Shown: positions 28,601 to 43,036 of the stretch, in pieces | How the letters are laid out: each line of letters begins with the position of its first letter | Numbering within the stretch: position 1 is the stretch's first letter | DNA from: the human T2T-CHM13v2.0 reference genome, Homo sapiens | Assembly: GCF_009914755.1 (NCBI RefSeq) | Contig: NC_060925.1 | Length of the DNA: 64,000 nt | Reading direction: 5' to 3' (one strand) | Translations under genes and position numbers: made by a program | The notes under the pieces: generated by a model | What the model saw: the letters and a program-made list of their open reading frames with translations, nothing else | Database searches by the model: none | What the model was told of the DNA's origin: nothing

Positions 28601-31600
28601 TGGAATCAACATCGAATGAATCAAATGGAAACACCATCGAATTGAAACGAATGGAATTATCATGAAATTGAAATGGATGGACTCATCATCGAATGGATTA
28701 ATGGAATCATCGAATAAAATTGATTGAAATCATCATCGAATGGAATCGAATGGTATCATTGAATGGAATCGAATGGAATCATCATCAGATGGAAATGAAT
28801 GGAATCGTCATAGAATGGAATCGAATGGATTCATTGAATGGAATCAGATGGAATCATCGAATGGACTGGAATGGAATCATTGAATGGACTCGAAAGGGAT
28901 CATGATTGAATGGAATTGAATGGAATCATCGAATGGTCTCGATTGGAATCATTATCAAATGGAATCGAATGGAATCACCGAATAGAATCGAATGGAACAA
29001 TCATCGAATGGACTCAAATGGAATTATCCTCCAATGGAATCGAATGGAATTATCGAATGCAATCGAATGGAATTATCGAATGCAATCGAATAGAATCATC
29101 GAATGGACTCGAATGGAATCATCGAATGGAATGGAATGGAACAGTCAATGAACTCGAATGGAATCATCATTGAATGGAATCGAATGGAATCATCGAGTGG
29201 AATCGAATGGAATTATGATCAAATGGAATCGAATGTAATCATCATCAAATGGAATCAAAAATAACCATCATCAATTGGTATTGAATGGAATTGTCATCAA
29301 ATGGAATTCAAAGGAATCATCATCAAATGGAACCGAATGGAATCCTCATTGAATGGAAATGAAAGGGGTCATCATCTAATGGAATCGCATGGAATCATCA
29401 TCAAATGGAATCGAATGGAATCATCATCAAATGGAATCTAATGGAATCATTGAACAGAATTGAATGGAATCGTCATCGAATGAATTGAATGCAATCATCG
29501 AATGGTCTCGAATGGAATCATCTTCTAATGGAAAGGAATGGAATCATCGCATAGAATCGAATGGAATTATCATCGAATGGAATCGAATGGTATCAACACC
29601 AAACGGAAAAAAACGGAATTATCAAATGGAATCGAAGAGAATCTTCGAACGGACCCGAATGGAATCATCTAATGGAATGGAATGGAATAATCCATGGACT
29701 CGAATGCAATCATCATCGAATGGAATCGAATGGAATCATCGAATGGACTCGAATGGAATAATCATTGAACGGAATCGAATGGAATCATCATCGGATGGAA
29801 ACGAATGGAATCATCATCGAATGGAAATGAAAGGAGTCATCATCTAATGGAATTGCATGGAATCATCATAAAATGGAATCGAATGGAATCAACATCAAAT
29901 GGAATCAAATGGAATCATTGAACGGAATTGAATGGAATCGTCATCGAATGAATTGACTGCAATCATCCAATGGTCTCGAATGGAATCATCTTCAAATGGA
30001 ATGGAATGGAATCATCGCATAGAATCGAATGGAATTATCATCGAATGGAATCGAAGGGAATCAACATCCAACGGAAAAAAACGGAATTATCGAATGGAAT
30101 CGAAGAGAATCATCGAATGGACCCGAATGGAATCATGTAATGGAATAGAATGGAATAATCCATGGACTCGAATGCAATCATCATCGAATGGAATCGAATG
30201 GAATCATCGAATGGACTCGAATGGAATAATCATTGAACGGAATCGAATGGAATCATCATCGGATGGAAATGAATGGAATCATCATCGAATGGAATCGAAT
30301 AGAATTATGGAATGAAATCCAGTGTGATCATCATCGAATGGACCCGAATGGAATCATCATCCAACGGAAGCTAATGGAATCAACATCGAATGAATCAAAT
30401 GGAAACACCATCGAATTGAAACGAATGGAATTATCATGAAATTGAAATGGATGGACTCATCATCGAATGGATTCGAATGGAATCATCGAATAAAATTGAT
30501 TGAAATCATCATCGAATGGAATCGAATGGTATCATTGAATGGAATCGAATGGAATCATCATCAGATGGAAATGAATGGAATCGTCATAGAATGGAATCGA
30601 ATGGATTCATTGAATGGAATCAGATGGAATCATCGAATGGACTGGAATGGAATCATTGAATGGACTCGATAGGGATCATTATTGAATGGAATTGAATGGA
30701 ATCATCGAATGGTCTCGATTGGAATCATTATCAAATGGAATCGAATGGAATCACCGAATAGAATCGAATGGAACAATCATCGAATGGACTCAAATGGAAT
30801 TATCCTCAAATGGAATCGAATGGAATTATCGAATGCAATCGAATGGAATTATCGAATGCAATCGAATAGAATCATCGAATGGACTCGAATGGAATCATCG
30901 AATGGAATGGAATGGAACAGTCAATGAACTCGAATGGAATCATCATTGAATGGAATCGAATGGAATCATCGAGTGGAATCGAATGGAATTATGATCAAAT
31001 GGAATCGAATGTAATCATCATCAAATGGAATCAAAAATAACCATCATCAATTGGTATTGAATGGAATTGTCATCAAATGGAATTCAAAGGAATCATCATC
31101 AAATAGAACCGAATGGAATCCTCATTGAATGGAAATGAAAGGGGTCATCATCTAATGGAATCGCATGGAATCATCATAAAATGGAATCGAATGGAATCAA
31201 CATCAAATGGAATCAAATGGAATCATTGAACGGAATTGAATGGAATCGTCATCGAATGAATTGGATGCAATCATCGAATGGTCTCGAATGGAATCTTCTT
31301 CAAATGGAATGGAATGTAATCATCGCATAGAATCGAATGGAATTATCATCGAATGGAATCGAATGGAATCAACATCAAACGGAAAAAAACGGAATTATCG
31401 AATGGAATCGAAGAGAATCATCGAATGGACCCGAATGGAATCATCTAATGGAATGGAATGGAATAATCCATGGACTCGAATGCAATCATCATCGAATGGA
31501 ATCGAATGGAATCATCGAATGGACTCGAATGGAATAATCATTGAACGGAATCGAATGGAATCATCATCGGATGGAAACGAATGGAATCATCATCGAATGG

Positions 31601-31699
31601 AAATGAAAGGAGTCATCATCTAATGGAATTGCATGGAATCATCATAAAATGGAATCGAATGGAATCAACATCAAATGGAATCAAATGGAATCATTGAAC

Positions 31700-32300
31700 G
31701 GAATTGAATGGAATCGTCAACGAATGAATTGACTGCAATCATCGAATGGTCTCGAATGTAATCACATTCTAATGGAAAGGAATGGAATCATCGCATAGAA
31801 TCGAATGGAATTAACATTGAATGGACTCGAATGGAATCAACATCAAACGGAATCAAGCGGAATTATCGAATGGAATCGAAGAGAATCATCGAATGGTCTC
31901 GAATGGAATCATCTTCTAATGGAAAGGAATGGAATCATCGCATAGAATCGAATGGAATTAACATTGAATGGACTCGAATGGAATCAACATCAAATGGAAT
32001 CAAGCGGAATTATCGAATGAAATCGAAGAGAATCATCGAATGGACTCGAATGGAATCATCTAATGGAATGGAATGGAATAATCCACGGACTCGAATGCAA
32101 TCATCATCGTATAGAATCGAATGGAATCATCGAATGGACTCGAATGGAATAATCATTGAACGGAAGCGAATGGAATCATCATCGGATGGAAACGAATGGA
32201 ATCATCATCGAATGGAAATGAAAGGAGTCATCATCTAATGGAATTGCATGGAATCATCATAAAATGGAATCGAATGGAATCAAAATCAAATGGAATCAAA
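31700..32300 (+). repeat. Divergent HSat2 segment adding 615 bp (468 + 147) to one unit
   Basis: Landmark spacing 30233 to 32624 is 2,391 bp. The motifs ttaacattgaatggactc and ggaatcaagcgg occur twice, 147 bp apart, and I saw them nowhere else in the window. Confidence 0.9.
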
Positions 32301-35300
32301 TGGAATCATTGAACGGAATTGAATGGAATCGTCATCGAATGAATTGACTGCAATCATCGAATGGTCTCGAATGGAATCATCTTCAAATGGAATGGAATGG
32401 AATCATCGCATAGAATCGAATGGAATTATCATCGAATGGAATCGAATGGAATCAACATCAAACGGAAAAAAACGGAATTATCGAATGGAATCGAAGAGAA
32501 TCATCGAATGGACCCGAATGGAATCATCTAATGGAATGGAATGGAATAATCCATGGACTCGAATGCAATCATCATCGAATGGAATCGAATGGAATCATCG
32601 AATGGACTCGAATGGAATAATCATTGAACGGAATCGAATGGAATCATCATCGGATGGAAATGAATGGAATCATCATCGAATGGAATCGAATAGAATTATG
32701 GAATGAAATCCAGTGTGATCATCATCGAATGGACCCGAATGGAATCATCATCCAACGGAAGCTAATGGAATCAACATCGAATGAATCGAATGGAAACACC
32801 ATCGAATTGAAACGAATGGAATTATCATGAAATTGAAATGGATGGACTCATCATCGGATGGATTCGAATGGAATCATCGAATAAAATTGATTGAAATCAT
32901 CATCCAATGGAATCGAATGGTATCATTGAATGGAATCGAATGGAATCATCATCAGATGGAAATGAATGGAATCGTCATAGAATGGAATCGAATGGATTCA
33001 TTGAATGGAATCAGATGGAATCATGGAATGGACTGGAATGGAATCATTGAATGGACTCGAAAGGGATCATGATTGAATGGAATTGAATGGAATCATCGAA
33101 TGGTCTCGATTGGAATCATTATCAAATGGAATCGAATGGAATCACCGAATAGAATCGAATGGAACAATCATCGAATGGACTCAAATGGAATTATCCTCAA
33201 ATGGAATCGAATGGAATTATCGAATGCAATCGAATGGAATTATCGAATGCAATCGAATAGAATCATCGAATGGACTCGAATGGAATCATCGAATGGAATG
33301 GAATGGAACAGTCAATGAACTCGAATGGAATCATCATTGAATGGAATCGAATGGAATCATCGAGTGGAATCGAATGGAATTATGATCAAATGCAATCGAA
33401 TGTAATCCTCATCAAATGGAATCAAAAATAACCATCATCAATTGGTATTGAATGGAATTGTCATCAAATGGAATTCAAAGGAATCATCATCAAATGGAAC
33501 CGAATGGAATCCTCATTGAATGGAAATGAAAGGGGTCATCATCTAATGGAATCGCATGGAATCATCATCAAATGGAATCGAATGGAATCATCATCAAATG
33601 GAATCTAATGGAATCATTGAACAGAATTGAATGGAATCGTCATCGAATGAATTGAATGCAATCATCGAATGGTCTCGAATGGAATCATCTTCTAATGGAA
33701 AGGAATGGAATCATCGCATAGAATCGAATGGAATTATCATCGAATGGAATCGAATGGTATCAACACCAAACGGAAAAAAACGGAATTATCGAATGGAATC
33801 GAAGAGAATCTTCGAACGGACCCGAATGGAATCATCTAATGGAATGGAATGGAATAATCCATGGACTCGAATGCAATCATCATCGAATGGAATCGAATGG
33901 AATCATCGAATGGACTCGAATGGAATAATCATTGAACGGAATCGAATGGAATCATCATCGGATGGAAACGAATGGAATCATCATCGAATGGAAATGAAAG
34001 GAGTCATCATCTAATGGAATTGCATGGAATCATCATAAAATGGAATCGAATGGAATCAACATCAAATGGAATCAAATGGAATCATTGAACGGAATTGAAT
34101 GGAATCGTCATCGAATGAATTGACTACAGTCACCGAATGGTCTCGAATGGAATCATCGCATAGAATCGAATGGAATTATCATCGAATGGAATCGAATGGA
34201 ATCAACATCAAACTGAAAAAAACAGAATTATCGTATGGAATCGAAGAGAATCATCGAATGGACCCGAATGGAATCATCTAATGGAATGGAATGGAATAAT
34301 CCATGGACTCGAATGCAATCATCATCGAATGGAATCGAATGGAATCATCGAATGGACTCGAATGGAATAATCATTGAACGGAATCGAATGGAATCATCAT
34401 CGGATGGAAATGAATGGAATCATCATCGAATGGAATCGAATAGAATTATGGAATGAAATCCAGTGTGATCATCATCGAATGGACCCGAATGGAATCATCC
34501 AACGGAAGCTAATGGAATCAACATCGAATGAATCGAATGGAAACACCATCGAATTGAACCGAATGGAATTATCATGAAATTGAAATGGATGGACTCATCA
34601 TCGAATGGATTCGAATGGAATCATCGAATAAAATTGATTGAAATCATCATCGAATGGAATCGAATGGTATCATTGAATGGAATCGAATGGAATCATCATC
34701 AGATGGAAATGAATGGAATCGTCATAGAATGGAATCGAATGGATTCATTGAATGGAATCAGATGGAATCATCGAATGGACTGGAATGGAATCATTGAATG
34801 GACTCGAAAGGGATCATGATTGAATGGAATTGAATGGAATCATCGAATGGTCTCGATTGGAATCATTATCAAATGGAATCGAATGGAATCACCGAATAGA
34901 ATCGAATGGAACAATCATCGAATGGACTCAAATGGAATTATCCTCCAATGGAATGGAATGGAATTATCGAATGCAATCGAATGGAATTATCGAATGCAAT
35001 CGAATAGAATCATCGAATGGACTCGAATGGAATCATCGAATGGAATGGAATGGAACAGTCAATGAACTCGAATGGAATCATCATTGAATGGAATCGAATG
35101 GAATCATCGAGTGGAATCGAATGGAATTATGATCAAATGGAATCGAATGTAATCATCATCAAATGGAATCAAAAATAACCATCATCAATTGGTATTGAAT
35201 GGAATTGTCATCAAATGGAATTCAAAGGAATCATCATCAAATGGAACCGAATGGAATCCTCATTGAATGGAAATGAAAGGGGTCATCATCTAATGGAATC

Positions 35301-38300
35301 GCATGGAATCATCATCAAATGGAATCGAATGGAATCATCATCAAATGGAATCTAATGGAATCATTGAACAGAATTGAATGGAATGGTCATCGAATGAATT
35401 GAATGCAATCATCGAATGGTCTCGAATGGAATCATCTTCTAATGGAAAGGAATGGAATCATCGCATAGAATCGATTGGAATTATCATCGAATGGAATCGA
35501 ATGGTATCAACACCAAACGGAAAAAAACGGAATTATCAAATGGAATCGAAGAGAATCTTCGAACGGACCCGAATGGAATCATCTAATGGAATGGAATGGA
35601 ATAATCCATGGACTCGAATGCAATCATCATCGAATGGAATCGAATGGAATCATCGAATGGACTCGAATGGAATAATCATTGAACGGAATCGAATGGAATC
35701 ATCATCGGATGGAAACGAATGGAATCATCATCGAATGGAAATGAAAGGAGTCACCATCTAATGGAATTGCATGGAATCATCATAAAATGGAATCGAATGG
35801 AATCAACATCAAATGGAATCAAATGGAATCATTGAACGGAATTGAATGGAATCGTCATCGAATGAATTGACTGCAATCATCCAATGGTCTCGAATGGAAT
35901 CATCTTCAAATGGAATGGAATGGAATCATCGCATAGAATCGAATGGAATTATCATCGAATGGAATCGAATGGAATCAACATCAAACGGAAAAAAACGGAA
36001 TTATCGAATGGAATCGAAGAGAATCATCGAATGGACCCGAATGGAATCATCTAATGGAATGGAATGGAATAATCCATGGACTCGAATGCAATCATCATCG
36101 AATGGAATCGAATGGAATCATCGAATGGACTCGAATGGAATAATCATTGAACGGAATCGAATGGAATCATCATCGGATGGAAATGAATGGAATCATCATC
36201 GAATGGAATCGAATAGAATTATGGAATGAAATCCAGTGTGATCATCATCGAATGGACCCGAATGGAATCATCATCCAACGGAAGCTAATGGAATCAACAT
36301 CGAATGAATCGAATGGAAACACCATCGAATTGAAACGAATGGAATTATCATGAAATTGAAATGGATGGACTCATCATCGAATGGATTCGAATGGAATCAT
36401 CGAATAAAATTGATTGAAATCATCATCCAATGGAATCGAATGGTATCATTGAATGGAATCGAATGGAATCATCATCAGATGGAAATGAATGGAATCGTCA
36501 TAGAATGGAATCGAATGGATTCATTGAATGGAATCAGATGGAATCATCGAATGGACTGGAATGGAATCATTGAATGGACTCGAAAGGGATCATGATTGAA
36601 TGGAATTGAATGGAATCATCGAATGGTCTCGATTGGAATCATTATCAAATGGAATCGAATGGAATCACCGAATAGAATCGAATGGAACAATCATCGAATG
36701 GACTCAAATGGAATTATCCTCCAATGGAATGGAATGGAATTATCGAATGCAATCGAATGGAATTATCGAATGCAATCGAATAGAATCATCGAATGGACTC
36801 GAATGGAATCATCGAATGGAATGGAATGGAACAGTCAATGAACTCGAATGGAATCATCATTGAATGGAATCGAATGGAATCATCGAGTGGAATCGAATGG
36901 AATTATGATCAAATGGAATCGAATGTAATCATCATCAAATGGAATCAAAAATAACCATCATCAATTGGTATTGAATGGAATTGTCATCAAATGGAATTCA
37001 AAGGAATCATCATCAAATGGAACCGAATGGAATCCTCATTGAATGGAAATGAAAGGGGTCATCATCTAATGGAATCGCATGGAATCATCATCAAATGGAA
37101 TCGAATGGAATCACCATCAAATGGAATCTAATGGAATCATTGAACAGAATTGAATGGAATCGTCATCGAATGAATTGAATGCAATCATCGAATGGTCTCG
37201 AATGGATTCATCTTCTAATGGAAAGGAATGGAATCATCGCATAGAATCGAATGGAATTATCATCGAATGGAATCGAATGGTATCAACACCAAACGGAAAA
37301 AAACGGAATTATCGAATGGAATCGAAGAGAATCTTCGAACGGACCCGAATGGAATCATCTAATGGAATGGAATGGAATAATCCATGGACTCGAATGCAAT
37401 CATCATCGAATGGAATCGAATGGAATCATCGAATGGACTCGAATGGAATAATCATTGAACGGAATCGATTGGAATCATCATCGGATGGAAACGAATGGAA
37501 TCATCATCGAATGGAAATGAAAGGAGTCATCATCTAATGGAATTGCATGGAATCATCATAAAATGGAATCGAATGGAATCAACATCAAATGGAATCAAAT
37601 GGAATCATTGAACGGAATTGAATGGAATCGTCATCGAATGAATTGACTTCAATCATCCAATGGTCTCGAATGGAATCATCTTCAAATGGAATGGAATGGA
37701 ATCATCGCATAGAATCGAATGGAATTATCATCGAATGGAATCGAATGGAATCAACATCCAACGGAAAAAAACGGAATTATCGAATGGAATCGAAGAGAAT
37801 CATCGAATGGACCCGAATGGAATCATGTAATGGAATGGAATGGAATAATCCATGGACTCGAATGCAATCATCATCGAATGGAATCGAATGGAATCATCGA
37901 ATGGACTCGAATGGAATAATCATTGAACGGAATCGAATGGAATCATCATCGGATGGAAATGAATGGAATCATCATCGAATGGAATCGAATAGAATTATGG
38001 AATGAAATCCAGTGTGATCATCATCGAATGGACCCGAATGGAATCATCATCCAACGGAAGCTAATGGAATCAACATCGAATGAATCAAATGGAAACACCA
38101 TCGAATTGAAACGAATGGAATTATCATGAAATTGAAATGGATGGACTCATCATCGAATGGATTCGAATGGAATCATCGAATAAAATTGATTGAAATCATC
38201 ATCGAATGGAATCGAATGGTATCATTGAATGGAATCGAATGGAATCATCATCAGATGGAAATGAATGGAATCGTCATAGAATGGAATCGAATGGATTCAT

Positions 38301-38824
38301 TGAATGGAATCAGATGGAATCATCGAATGGACTGGAATGGAATCATTGAATGGACTCGAAAGGGATCATTATTGAATGGAATTGAATGGAATCATCGAAT
38401 GGTCTCGATTGGAATCATTATCAAATGGAATCGAATGGAATCACCGAATAGAATCGAATGGAACAATCATCGAATGGACTCAAATGGAATTATCCTCAAA
38501 TGGAATGGAATGGAATTATCGAATGCAATCGAATGGAATTATCGAATGCAATCGAATAGAATCATCGAATGGACTCGAATGGAATCATCGAATGGAATGG
38601 AATGGAACAGTCAATGAACTCGAATGGAATCATCATTGAATGGAATCGAATGGAATCATCGAGTGGAATCGAATGGAATTATGATCAAATGGAATCGAAT
38701 GTAATCATCATCAAATGGAATCAAAAATAACCATCATCAATTGGTATTGAATGGAATTGTCATCAAATGGAATTCAAAGGAATCATCATCAAATGGAACC
38801 GAATGGAATCCTCATTGAATGGAA

Positions 38825-39295
38825 ATGAAAGGGGTCATCATCTAATGGAATCGCATGGAATCATCATAAAATGGAATCGAATGAAATCAACATCAAATGG
38901 AATCAAATGGAATCATTGAACGGAATTGAATGGAATCGTCATCGAATGAATTGGATGCAATCATCGAATGGTCTCGAATGGAATCTTCTTCAAATGGAAT
39001 GGAATGGAATCATCGCATAGAATCGAATGGAATTATCATCGAATGGAATCGAATGGAATCAACATCAAACGGAAAAAAACGGAATTATCGAATGGAATCG
39101 AAGAGAATCATCGAATGGACCCGAATGGAATCATCTAATGGAATGGAATGGAATAATCCATGGACTCGAATGCAATCATCATCGAATGGAATCGAATGGA
39201 ATCATCGAATGGACTCGAATGGAATAATCATTGAACGGAATCGAATGGAATCATCATCGGATGGAAATGAATGGAATCATCATCGAATGGAATCG
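38825..39295 (+). repeat. A/B fusion sub-repeat in a 1,308-bp short unit (468-bp deletion); second copy at about 49683-50153
   Basis: Spacings 37923 to 39231 and 48781 to 50089 are both 1,308 bp. The segment starts with A-type ggggtc...tcgcatgg and continues with B-type markers. Confidence 0.92.
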
Positions 39296-41696
39296 AATAC
39301 AATTATGGAATGAAATCCAGTGTGATCATCATCGAATGGACCCGAATGGAATCATCATCCAACGGAAGCTAATGGAATCAACATCGAATGAATCAAATGG
39401 AAACACCATCGAATTGAAACGAATGGAATTATCATGAAATTGAAATGGATGGACTCATCATCGAATGGATTCGAAAGGAATCATCGAATAAAATTGATTG
39501 AAATCATCATCGAATGGAATCGAATGGTATCATTGAATGGAATCGAATGGAATCATCATCAGATGGAAATGAATGGAATCGTCATAGAATGGAATCGAAT
39601 GGATTCATTGAATGGAATCAGATGGAATCATCCAATGGACTGGAATGGAATCATTGAATGGACTCGAAAGGGATCATGATTGAATGGAATTGAATGGAAT
39701 CATCGAATGGTCTCGATTGGAATCATTATCAAATGGAATCGAATGGAATCACCGAATAGAATCGAATGGAACAATCATCGAATGGACTCAAATGGAATTA
39801 TCCTCAAATGGAATCGAATGGAATTATCGAATGCAATCGAATGGAATTATCGAATGCAATCGAATAGAATGATCGAATGGACTCGAATGGAATCATTGAA
39901 TGGAATGGAATGGAACAGTCAATGAACTCGAATGGAATCATCATTGAATGGAATCGAATGGAATCATCGAGTGGAATCGAATGGAATTATGATCAAATGG
40001 AATCGAATGTAATCATCATCAAATGGAATCAAAAATAACCATCATAAATTGGTATTGAATGGAATTGTCATCAAATGGAATTCAAAGGAATCAATATCAA
40101 ATGGAACCGAATGGAATCCTCATTGAATGGAAATGAAAGGGGTCATCATCTAATGGAATCGCATGGAATCATCATCAAATGGAATCGAATGGAATCATCA
40201 TCAAATGGAATCTAATGGAATCATTGAACAGAATTGAATGGAATCGTCATCGAATGAATTGAATGCAATCATCGAATGGTCTCGAATGGAATCATCTTCT
40301 AATGGAAAGGAATGGAATCATCGCATAGAATCGAATGGAATTATCATCGAATGGAATCGAATGGTATCAACACCAAACGGAAAAAAACGGAATTATCGAA
40401 TGGAATCGAAGAGAATCTTCGAACGGACCCGAATGGAATCATCTAATGGAATGGAATGGAATAATCCATGGACTCGAATGCAATCATCAACGAATGGAAT
40501 CGAAGGGAATCATCGAATGGACTCGAACGGAATAATCATTGAACGGAATCGAATGGAATCATCATCGGATGGAAACGAATGGAATCATCATCGAATGGAA
40601 ATGAAAGGAGTCATCATCTAATGGAATTGCATGGAATCATCATAAAATGGAATCGAATGGAATCAACATCAAATGGAATCAAATGGAATCATTGAACGGA
40701 ATTGAATGGAATCGTCATCGAATGAATTGACTGCAATCATCGAATGGTCTCGAATGGAATCATCTTCAAATGGAATGGAATGGAATCATCGCATACAATC
40801 GAATGGAATTATCATCGAATGGAATCGAATGGAATCAACATCAAACGGAAAAAAACGGAATTATCGAATGGAATCGAAGAGAATCATCGAATGGACCCGA
40901 ATGGAATCATCTAATGGAATGGAATGGAATAATCCATGGACTCGAATGCAATCATCATCGAATGGAATCGAATGGAATCATCGAATGGACTCGAATGGAA
41001 TAATCATTGAACGGAATCGAATGGAATCATCATCGGATGGAAATGAATGGAATCATCATCGAATGGAATCGAATAGAATTATGGAATGAAATCCAGTGTG
41101 ATCATCATCGAATGGACCCGAATGGAATCATCATCCAACGGAAGCTAATGGAATCAACATCGAATGAATCGAATGGAAACACCATCGAATTGAAACGAAT
41201 GGAATTATCATGAAATTGAAATGGATGGACTCATCATCGAATGGATTCGAATGGAATCATCGAATAAAATTGATTGAAATCATCATCGAATGGAATCGAA
41301 TGGTATCATTGAATGGAATCGAATGGAATCATCATCAGATGGAAATGAATGGAATCGTCATAGAATGGAATCGAATGGATTCATTGAATGGAATCAGATG
41401 GAATCATCGAATGGACTGGAATGGAATCATTGAATGGACTCGAAAGGGATCATGATTGAATGGAATTGAATGGAATCATCGAATGGTCTCGATTGGAATC
41501 ATTATCAAATGGAATCGAATGGAATCACCGAATAGAATCGAATGGAACAATCATCGAATGGACTCAAATGGAATTATCCTCAAATGGAATCGAATGGAAT
41601 TATCGAATGCAATCGAATGGAATTATCGAATGCAATCGAATAGAATCATCGAATGGACTCGAATGGAATCATCGAATGGAATGGAATGGAACAGTC

Positions 41697-43036
41697 AATG
41701 AACACGAATGGAATCATCATTGAATGGAATCGAATGGAATCATCGAGTGGAATCGAATGGAATTATGATCAAATGGAATCGAATGTAATCATCATCAAAT
41801 GGAATCAAAAATAACCATCATCAATTGCTATTGAATGGAACTGTCATCAAATGGAATTCAAAGGAATCATCATCAAATGGAACCGAATGGAATCCTCATT
41901 GAATGGAAATGAAAGGGGTCATCATCTAATGGAATCGCATGGAATCATCATCAAATGGAATCGAATGGAATCATCATCAAATGGAATCTAATGGAATCAT
42001 TGAACAGAATTGAATGGAATCGTCATCGAATGAATTGAATGCAATCATCGAATGGTCTCGAATGGAATCATCTTCTAATGGAAAGGAATGGAATCATCGC
42101 ATAGAATCGAATGGAATTATCATCGAATGGAATCGAATGGTATCAACACCAAACGGAAAAAAACGGAATTATCGAATGGAATCGAAGAGAATCTTCGAAC
42201 GGACCCGAATGGAATCATCTAATGGAATGGAATGGAATAATCCATGGACTCGAATGCAATCATCATCGAATGGAATCGAATGGAATCATCGAATGGACTC
42301 GAATGGAATAATCATTGAACGGAATCGAATGGAATCATCATCGGATGGAAACGAATGGAATCATCGAATGAACTCGAATGGAATCATCATTGAATGGAAT
42401 CGAATGGAATCATCGAGTGGAATCGAATGGAATTATGATCAAATGGAATCGAATCTAATCATCATCAAATGGAATCAAAAATAACCATCATCAATTGGTA
42501 TTGAATGGAATTGTCATCAAATGGAATTCAAAGGAATCATCATCAAATGGAACCGAATGGAATCCTCATTGAATGGAAATGAAAGGGGTCATCATCTAAT
42601 GGAATCGCATGGAATCATCATCAAATGGAATCGAATGGAATCATCATCAAATGGAATCTAATGGAATCATTGAACAGAATTGAATGGAATCGTCATCGAA
42701 TGAATTGAATGCAATCATCGAATGGTCTCGAATGGAATCATCTTCTAATGGAAAGGAATGGAATCATCGCATAGAATCGAATGGAATTATCATCGAATGG
42801 AATCGAATGGTATCAACACCAAACGGAAAAAAACGGAATTATCGAATGGAATCGAAGAGAATCTTCGAACGGACCCGAATGGAATCATCTAATGGAATGG
42901 AATGGAATAATCCATGGACTCGAATGCAATCATCATCGAATGGAATCGAATGGAATCATCGAATGGACTCGAATGGAATAATCATTGAACGGAATCGAAT
43001 GGAATCATCATCGGATGGAAACGAATGGAATCATCA
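41697..43036 (+). repeat. 670-bp partial-unit duplication giving a 2,446-bp long unit; second copy at about 52555-53894
   Basis: A novel junction acgaatggaatcatcgaatgaactcg occurs at about 42351-42376 and 53209-53234. A-type frames are at 42014 and 42684 (+670). Confidence 0.92.
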
